From Octopus sinensis (lineage: Eukaryota): a DNA stretch of 7,586 nucleotides. The DNA lies in assembly GCF_006345805.1 (NCBI RefSeq), contig NW_021828822.1:1-7586 (forward strand), written 5' to 3'. A model generated the notes under the pieces. That model was not told the DNA's origin and ran no database searches. It saw nothing but the letters and a program-made list of their open reading frames with translations. Positions 6,964-7,586 of this stretch are shown here, piece by piece; the first letter of the stretch is position 1; the number at the start of each line of letters is the position of its first letter. The translations under genes and the position numbers were made by a program.

Positions 6964-7208
6964 GGATACATTAAATACAAGACAGATTTCTTTATTGAAA
7001 TTACCTCCACTTTCATAAATGACAGAATATCAAACCGGTAACAAATAAGAAGCGATTTTCTCAAGCATCAAATTGTGATTCTATTAAAGAAAAAGTGTCT
7101 GCAGGCAAAATATGTGGTGGACTCTTGTTTCTGCCTTATTGGGCAACATCAGCACAGCAACTGTCTCCTCCAGCAGAGGAGACAAATAGACAAACACAAG
7201 ATAAGAAA

Positions 7209-7302
7209 AGGCGGGCGTGGATGTATAGTAAGAAGGTTGCTTCCCAACAACATGGTTCCGGGTTCAGTCCCATTGCATGTTATCTTTGGCAAGTGTCTTC
7301 TA
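7209..7302 (+). mobile_element. 5' head of a family A SINE, truncated at a TA
   Basis: GTGGATGTATAGTAAG...CATGGTTCCGGGTTCAGTCCC...TCTTTGGCAAGTGTCTTCTAC matches the head of the 2109-2594 copy, which continues CTTCTACTATAGCC. Homology stops at 7301-7303. Confidence 0.85.
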
Positions 7303-7586
7303 CGTGGGACAGAGAGGAAGGACGTTTTTGAAATGACTTTTACTCAGGCCCCGTGAGAGGGACATATGTCCGTGAGGTACCATTCGATCCGTGCTGTCTT
7401 AGCATTTTTTTGTTTCTTTTCAGGTGAAGGCATGGCGCTGTGAACGATAGAGCGTCGCATATTTGCCTACGACAGTTACGTGAAGAATACCGTGCCTGTC
7501 ACTTCGACATTCACCGAAATCAAGGCACGTATGTATGCGCGTACCTTGGACGATTTGAAGGAAGCTATTGGCGTGGAAGTCGGCCA
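7303..7586 (+). mobile_element. Left part of a Tc1/mariner-superfamily DNA transposon (internally deleted), running off the right edge
   Basis: Begins immediately after TA (7301-7302), the Tc1/mariner target dinucleotide, with TIR-like CGTGGGACAGAGAGGAAGGACGTTTTTGAAATG. It carries a transposase relic from 7432. The right TIR is outside the window. Confidence 0.6.
7432..7586 (+). pseudogene. Tc1/mariner-like transposase relic (N-terminus fused to C-terminus, premature stop at codon 4)
   Basis: Translation: MAL*TIERRIFAYDSYVKNTVPVTSTFTEIKARMYARTLDDLKEAIGVEVG. The start resembles the N-terminus of DUF4817-type HTH mariner-like transposases (M..W..EHR.FA...Y.KN). KARMYA-RTLDDLKEAI resembles their C-terminal LK.KVY...PRTL..LK.AI motif. 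Recognised from memory, not from a search. Confidence 0.62.

Noticed and set aside
6759-7064. Poly-D/E/K/R ORFs resembling acidic or basic proteins
   Set aside because: Direct translation of the (TTC)(CTC)(ATC) microsatellite.

Overview
No host protein-coding gene, rRNA, tRNA or CRISPR array is supported. This is AT-rich, microsatellite-laden eukaryotic non-coding DNA. The SINE families look like those I recall from octopus (coleoid cephalopod) genomes; that assignment comes from recognition, not a search. All supplied ORFs are simple-repeat or repeat-element artefacts. Contents: (i) a near-perfect ~335-bp palindrome (1631-1966) set between (TA)n tracts, each arm carrying a minimal type I hammerhead ribozyme motif of the kind found in Penelope-like retroelement terminal repeats. 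The minus-strand copy (1728-1770) has an intact core; the plus-strand copy (1831-1871) lacks two core bases. (ii) Five larger copies and one small fragment of a tRNA-derived SINE with an internal microsatellite, three of them in alternating orientation at 2109-3257. (iii) A second tRNA-SINE family copy with a probable 16-bp target-site duplication. (iv) A hAT/Charlie-like MITE with a duplicated right end and a probable nested insert. (v) An internally deleted Tc1/mariner-like transposase relic, apparently inserted at a TA inside a SINE head at the right edge. (vi) Many microsatellites and a cluster of unexplained hairpins at 3957-4066.
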